Assembly (NCBI GenBank): GCA_001642005.1
Contig: LWCA01000016.1
Span: 22,896-86,895 of the forward strand
DNA length: 64,000 nucleotides
Reading direction: 5' to 3'
Origin: Intoshia linei
Lineage: Eukaryota > Animalia > Orthonectida
The notes under the pieces were generated by a model, which saw nothing but the letters and a program-made list of their open reading frames with translations, ran no database searches and was not told where the DNA came from. Numbering within the stretch: position 1 is the stretch's first letter; the number at the start of each line of letters is the position of its first letter. The position numbers were made by a program, and so were the translations under genes. Below are positions 14,401 to 27,738 of the stretch, in pieces.

Positions 14401-16259
14401 ATCCAATACAATATATTTATTATAGTAATAGGATTGTGACAAATATTTTAGACGAGGGGTAGGCAACTAGTGGCCCACGGTCCAAAAGTGGTCCACAGAA
14501 TAGTTTTAGTAGCCCTTTGAGTAAATATGTAAATTATTTATTTTTCTACCATAATTGGCTCATTCATTTATCACATGTTCATTTTAGCTCTATTTACTAG
14601 AACAGTTTCTCCTCAGTTAAAATTGAAATTTATTATGTTAGAAAATTTCAAAAACGGAGCCCGTAGAATTTTTTGATAAAAAAAGTGGCTACGAGACGCA
14701 AACGTTTGCCGGACTCCGGATTTTAAATTAACTAATTGAATTTTGTTGACGTGGAATATTTCATAATGTATATTTAAAAATTTATAATATTCTACAATAA
14801 TAGATCAAAATTCTTCTGAAATGCATGTGAATCCTGCGTTTTTTCAACAGAAACAGGATGGTCATAAAGATCGGTACAAGGAGGATAAATACGAAAAGTC
14901 GAGAGATCGTTATTCCTCACATCACAGTCGAAAAACCAACAGGTACAATGATTTGAATGATGGAGACGATGCAAGTATAAATCGATTGAAAGACTTGGTA
15001 GATAATGCTGTTGGTACGGCTTATGACATTGCAAAGCGTGGTGAGTTTTATAATTTAAATTTATACACTCTAAATAAGCTAGTTCAAGATGCGACCTTTT
15101 ACCAGAGCTGAACCTCCGTATTCGGAGATAAATTTAATTAAAATATCAAGTGAATACCGTTGGTGATGTGACTAGATACATGAGACTTCGCATTATTTGT
15201 TAACATTTTTAGGGCTATTTTTTATTTTCGGGTGGCATCGAGTTTGGTAGGTTCGGCTGTGCCTGTTAGTCTAAAGTTTATGGCCTGCCAAAAATTATAA
15301 TGTAAAAGAGGATCCTTATAAATTTTTTAATATTTTGAGTCAAAATTTAATTTTTAAGCAAAATAATAATATTTTATTAAAGCTAAAGCGTTTGGTACTA
15401 TAAGAAAGTTTGACGTACTCCAGCGTTTCACAAATACCGGTCTGTGAACCAGTATTGGTCGGTGAAAATGTTTTACTAATTAGAAGTTATTAATCAATTT
15501 ATTACGTTTTTTATCAAATTTTTTTTAATGTTGCCTAGTAATTTCACTATAATGGTCCGCGATAAATTTTATAATTTATACCGGTCGCCGTTAAAAAAAT
15601 GTGGAAACCCTGGCGTACGCTATGGATTTTTTTGAAAGCTGTATGCAACTGTATTTTTAATTTTTGGTGTCTTGTGAAAATTCCCATTTCTTCGGATAAC
15701 CCTGATATAAATACTTTGCAATTGTTAATTGTTAATTTAGGAAAAGCAGCAGATGCTCTTGATCATATTGTCCAAGCTTTAGGAACTCTTAGATCATCAA
15801 ACCATTCTTCTTCACGTAATACTGTCAGAAATCTTATTGAACAATTACAAGACGTGTATAGTTCCATTGAATCATCCAGTAAACGTAGAAGGTATATAAA
15901 CAATTTATAAAATTTAAAACAACATAATTACAAGTGGAACTATTTACTCAAGTGTTTCTCAACCGTTTTATTCTGGCGCAATTTAAATTTTTAAAAAACA
16001 TGCGGCTTCTTATTTGTTGGTTCCATTGGTACAAACTGTTGGTGTCCTAATCGGGCGGACCCGATTGGGAAACACTGATTTATGACTTTCATTGACATGA
16101 CATTTATTAAAATAATTTAGAAGCAGATCCAGAACTCAAGGTAGTGATTCCCGACACAGAAGAAGAAGACGTCGAAGTAGCGAAGATGAATATGATCGGT
16201 ATGATAGATACAGACGATCATCATCTAGGCACTCTTCAAATTATCGATCTCGACGATAA
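8440..16259 (+). CDS. CPSF6: Cleavage factor Im large subunit CPSF6/CPSF7-like (RRM, RS/RD tail; multi-exon)
   Basis: MTDLVDSLDLYGD start; IIGNLSW|WTTDDDI...IKFYENRVNGQSKG RRM (8860-8883 joined to 11139 onward); MHVNPAFF (14821); RS-rich last exon ending TAA at 16259. Confidence 0.9.
9190..9830 (+). mobile_element. Decayed hAT (Buster/SPIN/GTF2IRD2-like) transposase C-terminus in a CPSF6 intron
   Basis: Interrupted ORFs with FEGRFTD, FQLESIDLQ and FGSTYRCEQL motifs. Confidence 0.75.
15421..15613. mobile_element. hAT-type MITE
   Basis: Termini CAGCGTTTCACA / TGTGGAAACCCTG with similar 8-bp flanks (acgtactc / gcgtacgc). Confidence 0.55.
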
Positions 16260-16301
16260 TTTATAAATGTAATCTGTTTTGTAGAAATAAATTTTTGTAA
16301 T

Positions 16302-19300
16302 TTATTCTTGACAACAATAATATTTTTCACATTCACCAGTTTGGCATTTAAGTATACATGGGATTTTGGGTTTATTTCCAGACTAAACAGAATTACATTT
16401 AATAGATAGAATAAATACAAATTTTACATACTTGAATAAATTCAGGTTGAACGGTGGTATTATGAATTCCATTGTCATGAAATAATTCTTTGACCATTTT
16501 CGCTATAATCATGTAGCTATCCACGTTTTTGCAGCTTATATGTATAGATGCAATGACTGAATTACATGTCAGTTGCCATACATGAAATTCGTGTATTGCT
16601 TTTATACCAGGTATCTTAATATTTCATGTTAATACATATAATTATAATATTACATTTTCGAGTAATTGTTTTAATCGATCGATATTCATATTGACTGGTG
16701 CAGTTTGCATTAAAATTAATGAAGCACGTTTGAAAAGAGGTATAGTTCCACATAAAATAATGGTAACGAGGAGTAGACTAATGATTGGGTCAACAAATTG
16801 TGCCCAATCGGATTTTACATATTTTATAATTAAAACGCTTATTATGACAACAATTGATCCTAACGTATCACCGGCGATATGCAGAGCGACTCCTTGCATA
16901 TTTAAATTATCACTTACTAAATTTCAATTTTATTTTATAGAGTTATGTGTTACAACAGGATATAAATATTCTAAATAATACAAATTGTTTCTTTTGTTTT
17001 TTTTTTTGGTCCTATAATATAAAATAAAATATAGGAACCTCGACAATGTTAATTTAATTAAATCTAAAGTAAAAGGTGCTGATAAAAGCATTATAGGTAA
17101 TAAATTATAAACAATTATTATTATAATATATTAATTTTAGTAATAATTACATTTTTCTGATGAGTGGATTCATAAGCACTGCAATTATTTTTAGTTTCAA
17201 TTAAACTGTAGTATTCGGCATCAGATGGTTTATGGTTATGTGAGTGATCGTGCCCATGATCTATAATTTAAAGCTGATGAAATTTGTAATATTATTTTTA
17301 TTCAGAGGTGGGCACAGTTTTTTAAAAGCTAAAACTGATTTTTGGACATATTTATTTAGAATTAGTTGTTAATTATACTATTTGAGATTTCTCAAATATA
17401 ATGATAGTTTTGATTAAACAAAATATGCCATGACATTAATTAATATATTATCTATGTATGATACTGCATATAATACATATTCAGCGTTTCTAATTGTGTT
17501 TCAGCTGGCTTTGAAAACCACATTATTAGAAACTGTAATTTTATGACTATTTACTATTTAGGATTAAATTAGGAAACCCACATCTCACTATACTTCAAAA
17601 TACATCGTAAATAGTACAATAAACATTGATTAATAATGCTCAGTTATGTTATTTTTACTCATCATCATGGACGCTGGATCATTAAGCAACAATGATAATT
17701 TGATGGAAGAGACTTTTTCCATTTCCATTTTATAATTTCCATTTTATAAACAATATTTTTAATTTTCACCTTTGTACAAAATTAGAATAAATATAACAAA
17801 ATGCACAATATAGTACTAAAAATGTTAATATATAAATTACAATCTCCAATAATACAAAGTCCCAATATATTTATAGCTAAACCAATCGAAGCAACAATTA
17901 ATAATAAATTGACGTTTTTATCTTCAATTAAAAGTTTGATATTGGATGCATCATTTTTGTCTAATGTTGCGAGTAGTGTAATTTTTTGTATTGCTTCCGT
18001 AACAATTATAAAGCATAAAGCCCCCATGTATACTGAATTAACTAGGGCTCCTAAAATGCATTTAATTTAAACTCTTATCAAATATATGTGTCAGTAAATT
18101 AAAATTAAAACCACAAAAATAAAATGTTCATCGTGCAATAGGGCTATTCTACTTTTCTAATATAAAAATGATATTTATAGAATATGAGCGCCGCTTAATT
18201 TGCTGCAGAATGATATTAAAATATTTAATTTTTATCCAAAAAAACCCCCGAGTCTTAAAGTTTTCATTTTATGTTTTTTCAATTAGTTTATTGAAAATTT
18301 TAATAATCCGTTGTTGTGTTGATAAATTTAAATACCAATTTTCAATTTATCTGAATTTATAAAACTTTTAAAAATGTCGAATATTGAAATGATTTCATCA
18401 TTCGAAAGTTTACAATAAATTTCCGAAATAATTTCGTATTTTGTTGAATCAAACGGTATAATAATGACCATTGAACCTTGTCAAAGATCATTTTCGACAT
18501 TAATTAATGTTAGTAAATTAACTATTAAAATTGAAAATATACTTTCAAAAACTATAAACAAATGTAATTCATATTTGTTTGTTAAATTCAATTTAATTTA
18601 AATTCTTACCAATTTTCTATGTACAAATGTACTTGTGTAAAAAATAGTTAAGAAATATAGATAGTATCTACGGTAATAAAATATTCACAAAAGTGATGAA
18701 TTAAATTTTATTATTTTTTAATCCGTTTTACTCTTAATACTATAAACTTGACAAAATTATTTTTTTACAATGGTATTTAAAAAATATTTGAGTAGTAGCA
18801 TTTAAAACATTTTGACCCAGTTCATATAAATTCATGTCTTTTTTTGAAATTATATAATTTTTTTAAAAATGACGAAAAGTTTGTCCGTGAACCGTGTCTA
18901 AAATAAACGATTTTTATTGATTTTTTTTAATTAATATGATAAGTGTCACATGATCTATGTTATATTTTAGAATTATAACAAATGCATGACAATTACGGGG
19001 AAAAAAATGTTGCCATATTTTTTTACTATGAAAAATGTTAGGAAAACAGAAAAAGGTAAAGACGCGGGGTGCTTAATTTTCTTTGTTACAAAAATAAAAA
19101 AATTATATCATTCTGCAGCAAATTAAATGAAGATTATTATCTATATATGTCTTTTTTAAATTTCAAAAAAAATTATACAAAGTCCAAATTAGAATAGCTA
19201 ATAGCAAATTCTTTGTAATTTTAATAATAAAAAAAAAATGTAATGATCCTAATCTCTAAAATTAAAATTAGAAACAATTAATTATAATTTTTTTGTAACC

Positions 19301-19803
19301 ATCGATTTTCAAATTTAATTTAAATTTAAATTTACTATATTTGTATTTTTATATTATTTTAATCAAACTTTTTCAAAATAAATAAAATTACAAACAATTT
19401 GCTATTTCTTAATTGTAAAATGTACATGTACATAATTAAATTAATATAATAATTACCAACAATTTCGGCTCTAACCCAACCGAATCTAAATTAGTGGAAA
19501 AAAAATTTAAAATAAAATACGTATTTTGTCGACTTTGGCGAGTTGAAATCTAAAACATAATATAACTGTAAGAAAACTAAATGTAATACATGTAAATGTA
19601 ATCACAACGTAAATAAAGAAAATTACTTGTAGAGCAATTATTCCTATAATTAAAGACATGATATCAGAAAGCATATGATATGCATCAGACACTAATGCTA
19701 ACGAATTTGTCTTTTGACCGACAACTAGTTCAGTCAAAAAAAAGGAAAATGTTAATATTAAAATAACTATCAATTTAATAGTATCCTTTTTAATTTTCAA
19801 CAT
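16302..19803 (-). CDS. SLC30A1: Cation diffusion facilitator zinc exporter, ZnT1/SLC30A1-like, copy A
   Basis: Spliced: SLALVSDAYHMLSD, NTFGWVRAEIVGALVN, His loop DHGHDHSHNH, NMQGVALHIAGDTLGS, HEFHVWQL, GIHNTTVQPEF, Cys-rich tail; stop at 16302. Confidence 0.9.
18135..19208. mobile_element. Non-autonomous TIR element in a ZnT copy A intron
   Basis: Inverted pairs taatttgctgcagaatgatat (~18197) / atatcattctgcagcaaatta (~19105) and gctattcta / tagaatagc. Internal part 18915-19063 recurs at 25865-25984. Confidence 0.55.
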
Positions 19804-20028
19804 GTAAACATTCAAAAAAAAAAGCAAAATTATTTACTACTACAATTCATTATTGTAACAAGATAAAATAATTATAGTAAAATAGTAAGACAAGTAAAAA
19901 TTGTTAACATTGTACAATTGTATATAATAAATAATAAAAATAGAATTTATTGTTGCATTTTATATAACTATATCACATTCAAATGTAATTAAATATATTA
20001 TATATTTCTGATGTTTGTCTACATTGTA

Positions 20029-23000
20029 CTACTTTTTTTCCAAAGTATTTGTTGGTTTTGTTTTTAGTTCTGACTTGGTTTCTTTACAACAATAGAATTC
20101 GTCACAGTGCTGAGTATCACAAGCTAGCAGACAAGGGGATAATGATTCTCGTTCACTTTGTGTTGTATCATTTTCAGACTATATTTTTATTGTTATTATA
20201 AAAACCACCAAAAAATTACTTCCATAAATTCTGGTTGAACTGTTATACTGTGAATTCCATTATCATGGAAAAAATCCTTCACCAATTTGGCAATCATCAT
20301 GTATTGTTGAATTGTTCGGACTCTTATGTGAATAGAAGCAATTATGCGTTTTCCAGCCAACTGCCAAACGTGGAATTCGTGAACGGCCGATATTCCTTGG
20401 ATCTGAAAAGATTAAGTCGTTTCAATATACTATAGTAGTTAAATAATTTTTTTTGCAAAGTTAAATTGTTCCAAATTAATCCTACCCTAAGAACAGTAAG
20501 TTTTTCTCGATGCAATTTAAAACAGTACTAAATAGTAGAGTTCTGTAACACATGATACGATTCAAAGCACGATTCAATATGTATCAAAAGTTCGTGCTTC
20601 GAGTTGTAAAGTAGGACTCTACTAACTGTATGTGGCAGATTCACTGGTGAATAACATTTCAATGATTTAAATCCCCTAATAGATTGACAAACTTTGACTT
20701 GTTAACCTTTTTAAAGTTGCTGGAAAACGTTTACCCACAATAAAACTATTCGTTTGTCTCACACTGTTTTATATTAAAAATAATTACATTTCTAAGTAAT
20801 TTATTCTCTAAAGCTTTAATGTTGATATTGCTAGGTACAGTTTGTAACAAGATGAGAGCAGATTTTTTGAATAAAGGTAGAAGGCTTGCGATTATTATAC
20901 AGACAAGTAGAAGGCTAATAAAAAATTAAAAAAATAAAGCACGCAATAAACATATTAAATTATCATAAAACATGTATTACAATAAATGTATAACATTTAA
21001 TTTACACTAATAAATCAAACCTTAATATTGGATCGATAAATTGAGTCCAATCACCTTCAACATATTTCATTATTAAAATGCTGATTATTACGACAATTGA
21101 TCCCAATGCATCACCCATAACATGCAAAATTACTCCTTTCATATTTAAATTATCCGCGGCTAAAAATAAATATAAGAAAAATAAATTAAATCAGTAATCA
21201 AAAAATCAATTATACCCAACAAAAAATACACACAAATTTAGTACAAAAAAAATGAATAAATAATAAGTTGGCAAGTTCTTTAGTGCATTCCATTATTCTC
21301 ATATTTTTTCAATAAAATTTAGTCATTATAATACAATTAAAACATATACTATATAGTATGTTTTCCAATAGTCTAGCACTCGTTGGAAAAATCAGAAAGA
21401 GTGAAAAAAATTTAAATTCATCTTTTCATATTTTGAACCAGGGATTCTCGACCTTTTCTATTAACATTTTTGATTAACTGCTCAACTTTTTCCGATCCTG
21501 CACTTAATTTTTAAAATTTGTTACATCCTTAACCAACATACTCTTTTTATGTACATTTAATTTAATCTATAAATATTAAAAAAAATTCAGCCAGAGTAAT
21601 AGTAACTGATATTGTTAAGTGACGGAGATTAACTGGAAATAAAAAACGTGTGCCAAAATAAATTATTTATAAATTATTATTGGTATTACAGAAACATGTG
21701 AAAAATTTTTTAAAACCACTGGCATGTTTTTGTTTAGTGTTTTTATTCATTTCAATAATTTCACAACAATTATCAATTGATTTTGGAACAATATCATCTG
21801 TACTTATAGATGTATTGGAATTTTCCATGTCTGTTTTTAATTCAAATAATTCTCGTGTGGTATAGTTTTCATTTTTAATTTCATTTGATGATTTAATAGA
21901 TTTTTCATGGCTATGTGCATGGTCATGGCCATGGTCGTCTTCATGGCTGTGACCATGTGAATCTAAATAAACTGTGTAATTCGTGTATGATTTATGTTTT
22001 ATAACAGTGTTTACAAAATTGATAATTTACAAAGTTCATCAAGGACCAAGTATGGGCATCAAAAGTGGCATATATGAACTAGAGCCTGACACGCTGAGAG
22101 TAGCCGATAAAATATTTTTTAATATTAATAATACGGTCTAAAATTGTCAGTCTGAAAACAGGATCCGTAGTTCGAAATTCGAATGCCGAATGCAAATTTC
22201 AGAAAGTGTTTCATCACAAACATAACCAAATTGTAATATGTTTTTCTATGACATGCATTCAATAAGTCTTTAACTAAATTTAATCCGACCGAGAACACGA
22301 AAATTCAAAACGTGACAAAAGAGAAAAGAAAGAAACGTGCTTCGAAACGTGTTGCAGACTCCAATCAGTGGCGGATCTAGGATTTTCAACCAGGGGGCGA
22401 AATAATTATTAGGGTTGAACTCATATAATGTATTTAAATTTAAATTTTTATATTATGTTCATTAATATATTTCTTCATTTTTAAAAAGTTTAATTTAAAT
22501 TAATTTAATTTAGAATTTAAAAAAGCATTCTAATACAATTATTAAATAATTTTTAATCTCCAAGAATGTATAGTTTACATCAGACATTTCAACACTTTTT
22601 CGCTGTGGACGCCTACGATGATCCTGCTCTAAAGCATGGTTTCTTAACCTTTTTTAAATATAGCACCCCGTTAGCCAGATCAATTATTTGCAACACCCCT
22701 GTAAAAAATAAAAAACGATACTTTCAAATTCAAAGTAAAAATCCTATTTTATTGTCATTTTTAAAAACCACCCTATTAATATCCAACATAATCAATAACC
22801 ACATCAATACATGGTAAAAATGAAGAAGCTGAATTTGATAAGATTTAAATTCACTTCAAATTTAAATATTTCACTTATTTCATCGATAAAGTAAAACTAG
22901 TTTTTCTAGCACCAGGTTAAGAAACTTTACTCTAAAGAGTTGCTTTTGACATAAAAATTGTTTTACACATGCAGGATACAAAAACTTAGAAATTTACCAT

Positions 23001-25018
23001 AATCGCGGAGAAATCTTTTAAAAATTGTTTTAATATTTAAATATAATTTCAGTAAAAATCTCAGTTCAATACCAAATGCTGCAAATAGCAACCCTTACAC
23101 TGCTATAAAACTAAAAAATATTATAATAATAATATAAATATATAATATATACATTATATATATATTATTATTGTATTAATATTTATAATTAATATTAAAT
23201 ATTTATTTGGGTAAAAAAATAATTACGTCCTCCAAGCACAATCAAGCCAACAACATTGATGGCTAATCCTACTCCACCAACTATTAATAGTAAATTAAAA
23301 TTCTTTTTATCAATTAAATAATGATTATCCATCTTGACGTCATCCTCTGACATGGTTGCAATTGTAGTAATTTTTTGGATTGATTCTATAACAATGGTAA
23401 AACAAAGTGCAGCCAGATAAACTGCATTTACTAGGGCTCCTAAAAAGAGCATAATAAAAACAAAAACTAAGTACGGATGCTAAAGATGTATAAATAACTT
23501 TCAAATAACTTGTAACGCAGAGGTGACCAGTGGCCACTCTATATCGAGTATTAGCCACATTATACATATTTTATTTCAGCGCGGACCTTATTAAAAAAAC
23601 TTTTTTTTATATTTTATAACTCACTAGGTTGACTGTTATGTACTACGTACAAACAACACCTAACTCTGCCGAGAGCACATTTTTATTCTACAAACAAATA
23701 AATTAAAAAATATATAAAGGGTTATTTGGGGTTTTGCACTGAAGATATTTATTTTTTTAAAATTTAAATTTATGATAATATTTATGATTTTAAAATCCAC
23801 ATAAGAAAATATATTTTCTTTAATTCTCCAACTCGTTTGATTTTGAAAAAAAAAAACAATTGGGCTTTTTGACACGTAAGATGTAATTTATTTTGCTAAC
23901 ACTCCGGAAAAAACTGTAATTGAAATGTAATTTTATATGGACTTTATAAAAGTCTAAGACTGATAGTTATTGAAATAAACGGTAACACACACACAAACAA
24001 ATATTGCAAAGCATATTATATAAGTAAGGATATTTTATTTATAGCCTGCCAAAAATTTTGTATACAATTTTACCAAGTTAGTTACAATAAAACCTAATTA
24101 AGAAAAAATGCTGATTAATAACTGATAGATTCCCAATCTCAAAATATAGAATTAAAAAATTTACATCGATGTTTCTACTCATTTTGTTTTTTTATATTTT
24201 TTCAATCCCCTTGAAACAATTTTCGGGTACGTGCAAAATTAAGTATTTAAGAATTTACAAAATTAAAATAATTCTATAATTATAGAATTTAAATATACTT
24301 TGGTAAAATCGTTTTTTACAAAAAAATATTGGAAAAGAATAGTTTTTCCATTACGGGTTGGTAAAATTAGATTTGGAAGTTGTTGCTGTTATCATTTTTT
24401 TATTATAGGATATTTACAAAGTCGACATTTAAAAAATTAACAGAACTAGAATTTAAAAAACCCAACTTCTAACAGTTTTTCGCAACGGATATTTTATCCA
24501 TGTTTAATTTTCCGAAATTGACTCCTTCAGATACATATAAGATATATTGAAACAAAAACATAAAATTTCTTGTATTCATTCATATATTCAATATCAATGT
24601 ATCCATTCCACACCCCCGCGTTTATATAATAACATTGTATACATTTTTAAACCATAATTTAAATAAAAAGTTGAAAATACCCAAAACTTCAGCGCGAGCC
24701 CATCCGAAACTAAATATTATAAACTATAAATTAAACTATTGTATAATATTACGTATTTCTTTTGCTCCGTCTCTTGGACCACTAAAAGTTTAAAAAATTA
24801 ACAGCCTCGTAAATTGAAAATAAAATTACTCTCAAAGAAACAAGTCCTATAACTAGAGCAATTAAATCGGAAAGCATATGGTAGGCGTCAGAGACCAAAG
24901 CTAAAGAATTAGTTTTCTGTCCAACGACCAATTCAATGACAAAAAATAAGCTTGTCAAGAACAACATGATGGATAGTCGCACAGTATTCGTTTTCAATTT
25001 ATGTTTGATAGAGTCCAT
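20029..25018 (-). CDS. SLC30A1: Cation diffusion facilitator zinc exporter, ZnT1/SLC30A1-like, copy B
   Basis: Spliced: SLALVSDAYHMLSD, NTFGWARAEVLGALVNAVYL, SHGHSHEDDHGHDHAHSH, NMKGVILHVMGDALGS, AVHEFHVWQLAG, GIHSITVQPEF, CLLAC...YCC; TAG at 20029. Confidence 0.9.
23624..24030 (-). mobile_element. Complete ~407-bp non-autonomous Helitron
   Basis: Minus strand: A|TCCTTACTTATATAATATGC...TTGTTTGTACGTAGTACATAACAG (hairpin)-TCAAC-CTAG|T. Inserted at an AT dinucleotide with no TSD. Confidence 0.85.
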
Positions 25019-25196
25019 CAAACTTCTATAATATAATATAACGATGACTGTAGTTTTATTGATTATATGTAAAATATATAATATAAAGATTAAACGTTAT
25101 GTAACAAATATTTAAATAAATCGGTGGCACATTTATTTTCGTAAATGGAACACTGAAATATTTCTATAAAAAGGTTTTGCGTTATTTAATTTAAAC

Positions 25197-25203
25197 GTGT
25201 GCA
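25197..25203 (-). promoter_or_regulatory. Candidate metal response element core (TGCACAC) about 180 bp upstream of ZnT copy B
   Basis: Matches the TGCRCNC core. Single short motif. Confidence 0.25.
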
Positions 25204-27197
25204 TTAAGACATGAATATTATAATTTGATATTTATTTATTTGCACAAACTGCAACAGATACATGTATCTGGTGATATATTATTGTACGATTTTTATCAAT
25301 TTCGTCTACATGTATTTTGTATTGGTAGGATCTAGGTCAATTTATCAACATTTGTATTTCAGGTTATAACTGTATTTGTTTTTCATTTGATATTGGAATC
25401 AATTGAGTTTACCAATTTCAAATTAAAGTATTGTTTTACAATGAATTATACACGTACAATTTAGTTATCCTTTATTTATATTAAATTAAATGGCGTGTGT
25501 TACCGTTTATTTAAAAAATTAAAATATAAATTTGAATGTTAATACAAAATATTTAAAATCTGATTTAAACAACTGAAATTAATGAATTATTATTGTATTT
25601 AAAAATGAGAAAATCGTAATATTAATAATTTTAGTAAATCAGTAAATAGAATAGAATATAAAGACAATTTTTTGTAAACGTAATATACATATTCCCCTTT
25701 TTTAAATAAATGTATTATCCATCTGCCTTATTAATAATAATAAGTTATTAAACATTAAAGTTTTCTTTAAATATTTATAATCATTTTCAATTTAAATGTG
25801 ATTTAAAACTTATGTACATTGTACATTAGAGCTACTCCATCCTTCTAATATAAATGATTTATTAATTGATTTTTTTTAATTAGTATGATTGGTGTCACAT
25901 GATCTATGTTATATCTTAAAATTATAACAAATGCATGGCAACAACGGGGAAGAAATGTTAGGAAAACAGAAAAAGGTAAAGACGTCTATTATCCTAAATT
26001 TTTTACGTTTTATACATGGCGATGCATCGCTGAGTTTTTACATTTATTTCATTAAAATTTTATTAAAATTGAAGCAGACATAATTTTATTTTTCCAATCA
26101 AAATAAAATACCCTTAAAAAAGACTTGAAAAAACACGCTTTAAAATACTTAATTGTTATTTAATTTTTTCAAAACTATAAAAATTTATATAAATTTAATT
26201 ACAGTACATATAAAGTTATTTATATTAAAAAACATACAATTACACTTTCATTATAATTTAAAAAATTATAAATAAAATTTTAACAATTGTTAAACGTGGT
26301 ACCGACTTTATAATATTGTTCTCTATGTTTAGTTATACAGTTTATTTTTTTAAATTTGTTTCTAGCTCAATTTTTTTGGATTTTATCAACGATTTAATTT
26401 CTCGAATTCTGGCAATTTACATTATATCAATTGTATTCAATGCATATAATTTAGCAAAAATCCAAAAAATTCTAACACCCTAATAGGCATATTAAAGATT
26501 TATAAAAGTAATTAATTTATTATACGTCTATCTTATTTACATATTTACATGTTAATCTATTGATATCAATTAATGAAGTGTTAAATTTACCTTTTTCGAC
26601 GATTGATCATTTTTTAAAATTATTTAAATATGAAATGTGTATGATTTTAAAATATAATTTGAAAAGTTAAAATTGTACATTATTTTGAAATATATTTAGT
26701 TTTGTTTATTTTAAACTTTGTTTTTAATTTGAAATTTAATGTCAATTATCAATATTTATAAAGATACTATGGTTTTAAAATTAATCAATATGTTGCGATT
26801 GTTTTAAAATACTATGAATAATTAATATTATTTTTAATTATTGTAACGATTGGCTGAGTTGAACTCAGATAAGTTCATTTTAATTAAAAAGATGTCCAAA
26901 TTGTGATTCAAACTATAGCCACGTAAAATACAATTACAATTAGTACAAGACTAGTATACTTAGACTAAATATGTAATAGTCATTGATTATAACCACTTTG
27001 TCAGTTAGACATTAACTAATGATAATCATAATCAAAATCAAAATCATAATCAACATAATTATTTGAATAACTATCAAGATCAAAATAGGTCTCTGCAATT
27101 TTTTCAATTAAATTTAGATGACTAGAGTTAGCAAACAAATTCTCATATTGTATATGATACATTTCGAAATCATCAAATTTCTTATGTTTCCTTGAAA

Positions 27198-27590
27198 TTC
27201 TATATATATTATATATTACAAAATTAAAACTGAACTTTATTTTAACGGAAATTGGCGTTTGAGCTTTTAAACGTGGTACCGACTTTATAATATTGTTATA
27301 CATGTTAAGTTATACTGTTTATTTTTTAAAATTTGTTTCTAACTCAATTTTTTTAGATTTTATTTTTTGTTTGAATACAATTTAAATAATGTAAATAGCC
27401 AGAATTCGAGAAATTCAATCGTTAATAAAATCCAAAAAATTTGAGCTAGAAACAAATTTTAAAAAATAAACAGTATAACTTAACATGTATAACAATATTA
27501 TAAAGTCGGTACCACGTTTAAAAGCTCAAACGCCAATTTCCGTTAAAATAAAGTTCAGTTTTAATTTTGTAATATATAATATATATAGAA
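27198..27590. repeat. Near-perfect long inverted repeat (~165-bp arms, ~60-bp spacer)
   Basis: 27198-27364 is the reverse complement of about 27424-27590. A related copy lies at 26290-26440. Confidence 0.9.
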
Positions 27591-27738
27591 AACTTTAAAT
27601 AATCAGGCTAACTTCAATATTCCTTGAAATGCATTAATATTTTGGAAATATCGTTTTTTTTATACTTGATCACTATTATACCTAAGGATGTTCAAAAATA
27701 TAATTTTTCATTTTTTTTGAGATGTACAATTTACATTA

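Noticed and set aside
20029-21160. ZnT copy B as a truncated pseudogene
   Set aside because: The apparent stop lies in an extra intron; all downstream exons are intact.
23660-23875. 71-aa ORF, and ORFs at 5796, 30163, 33216, 40479 and 42844
   Set aside because: Chance frames within Helitron, TIR or repeat sequence.
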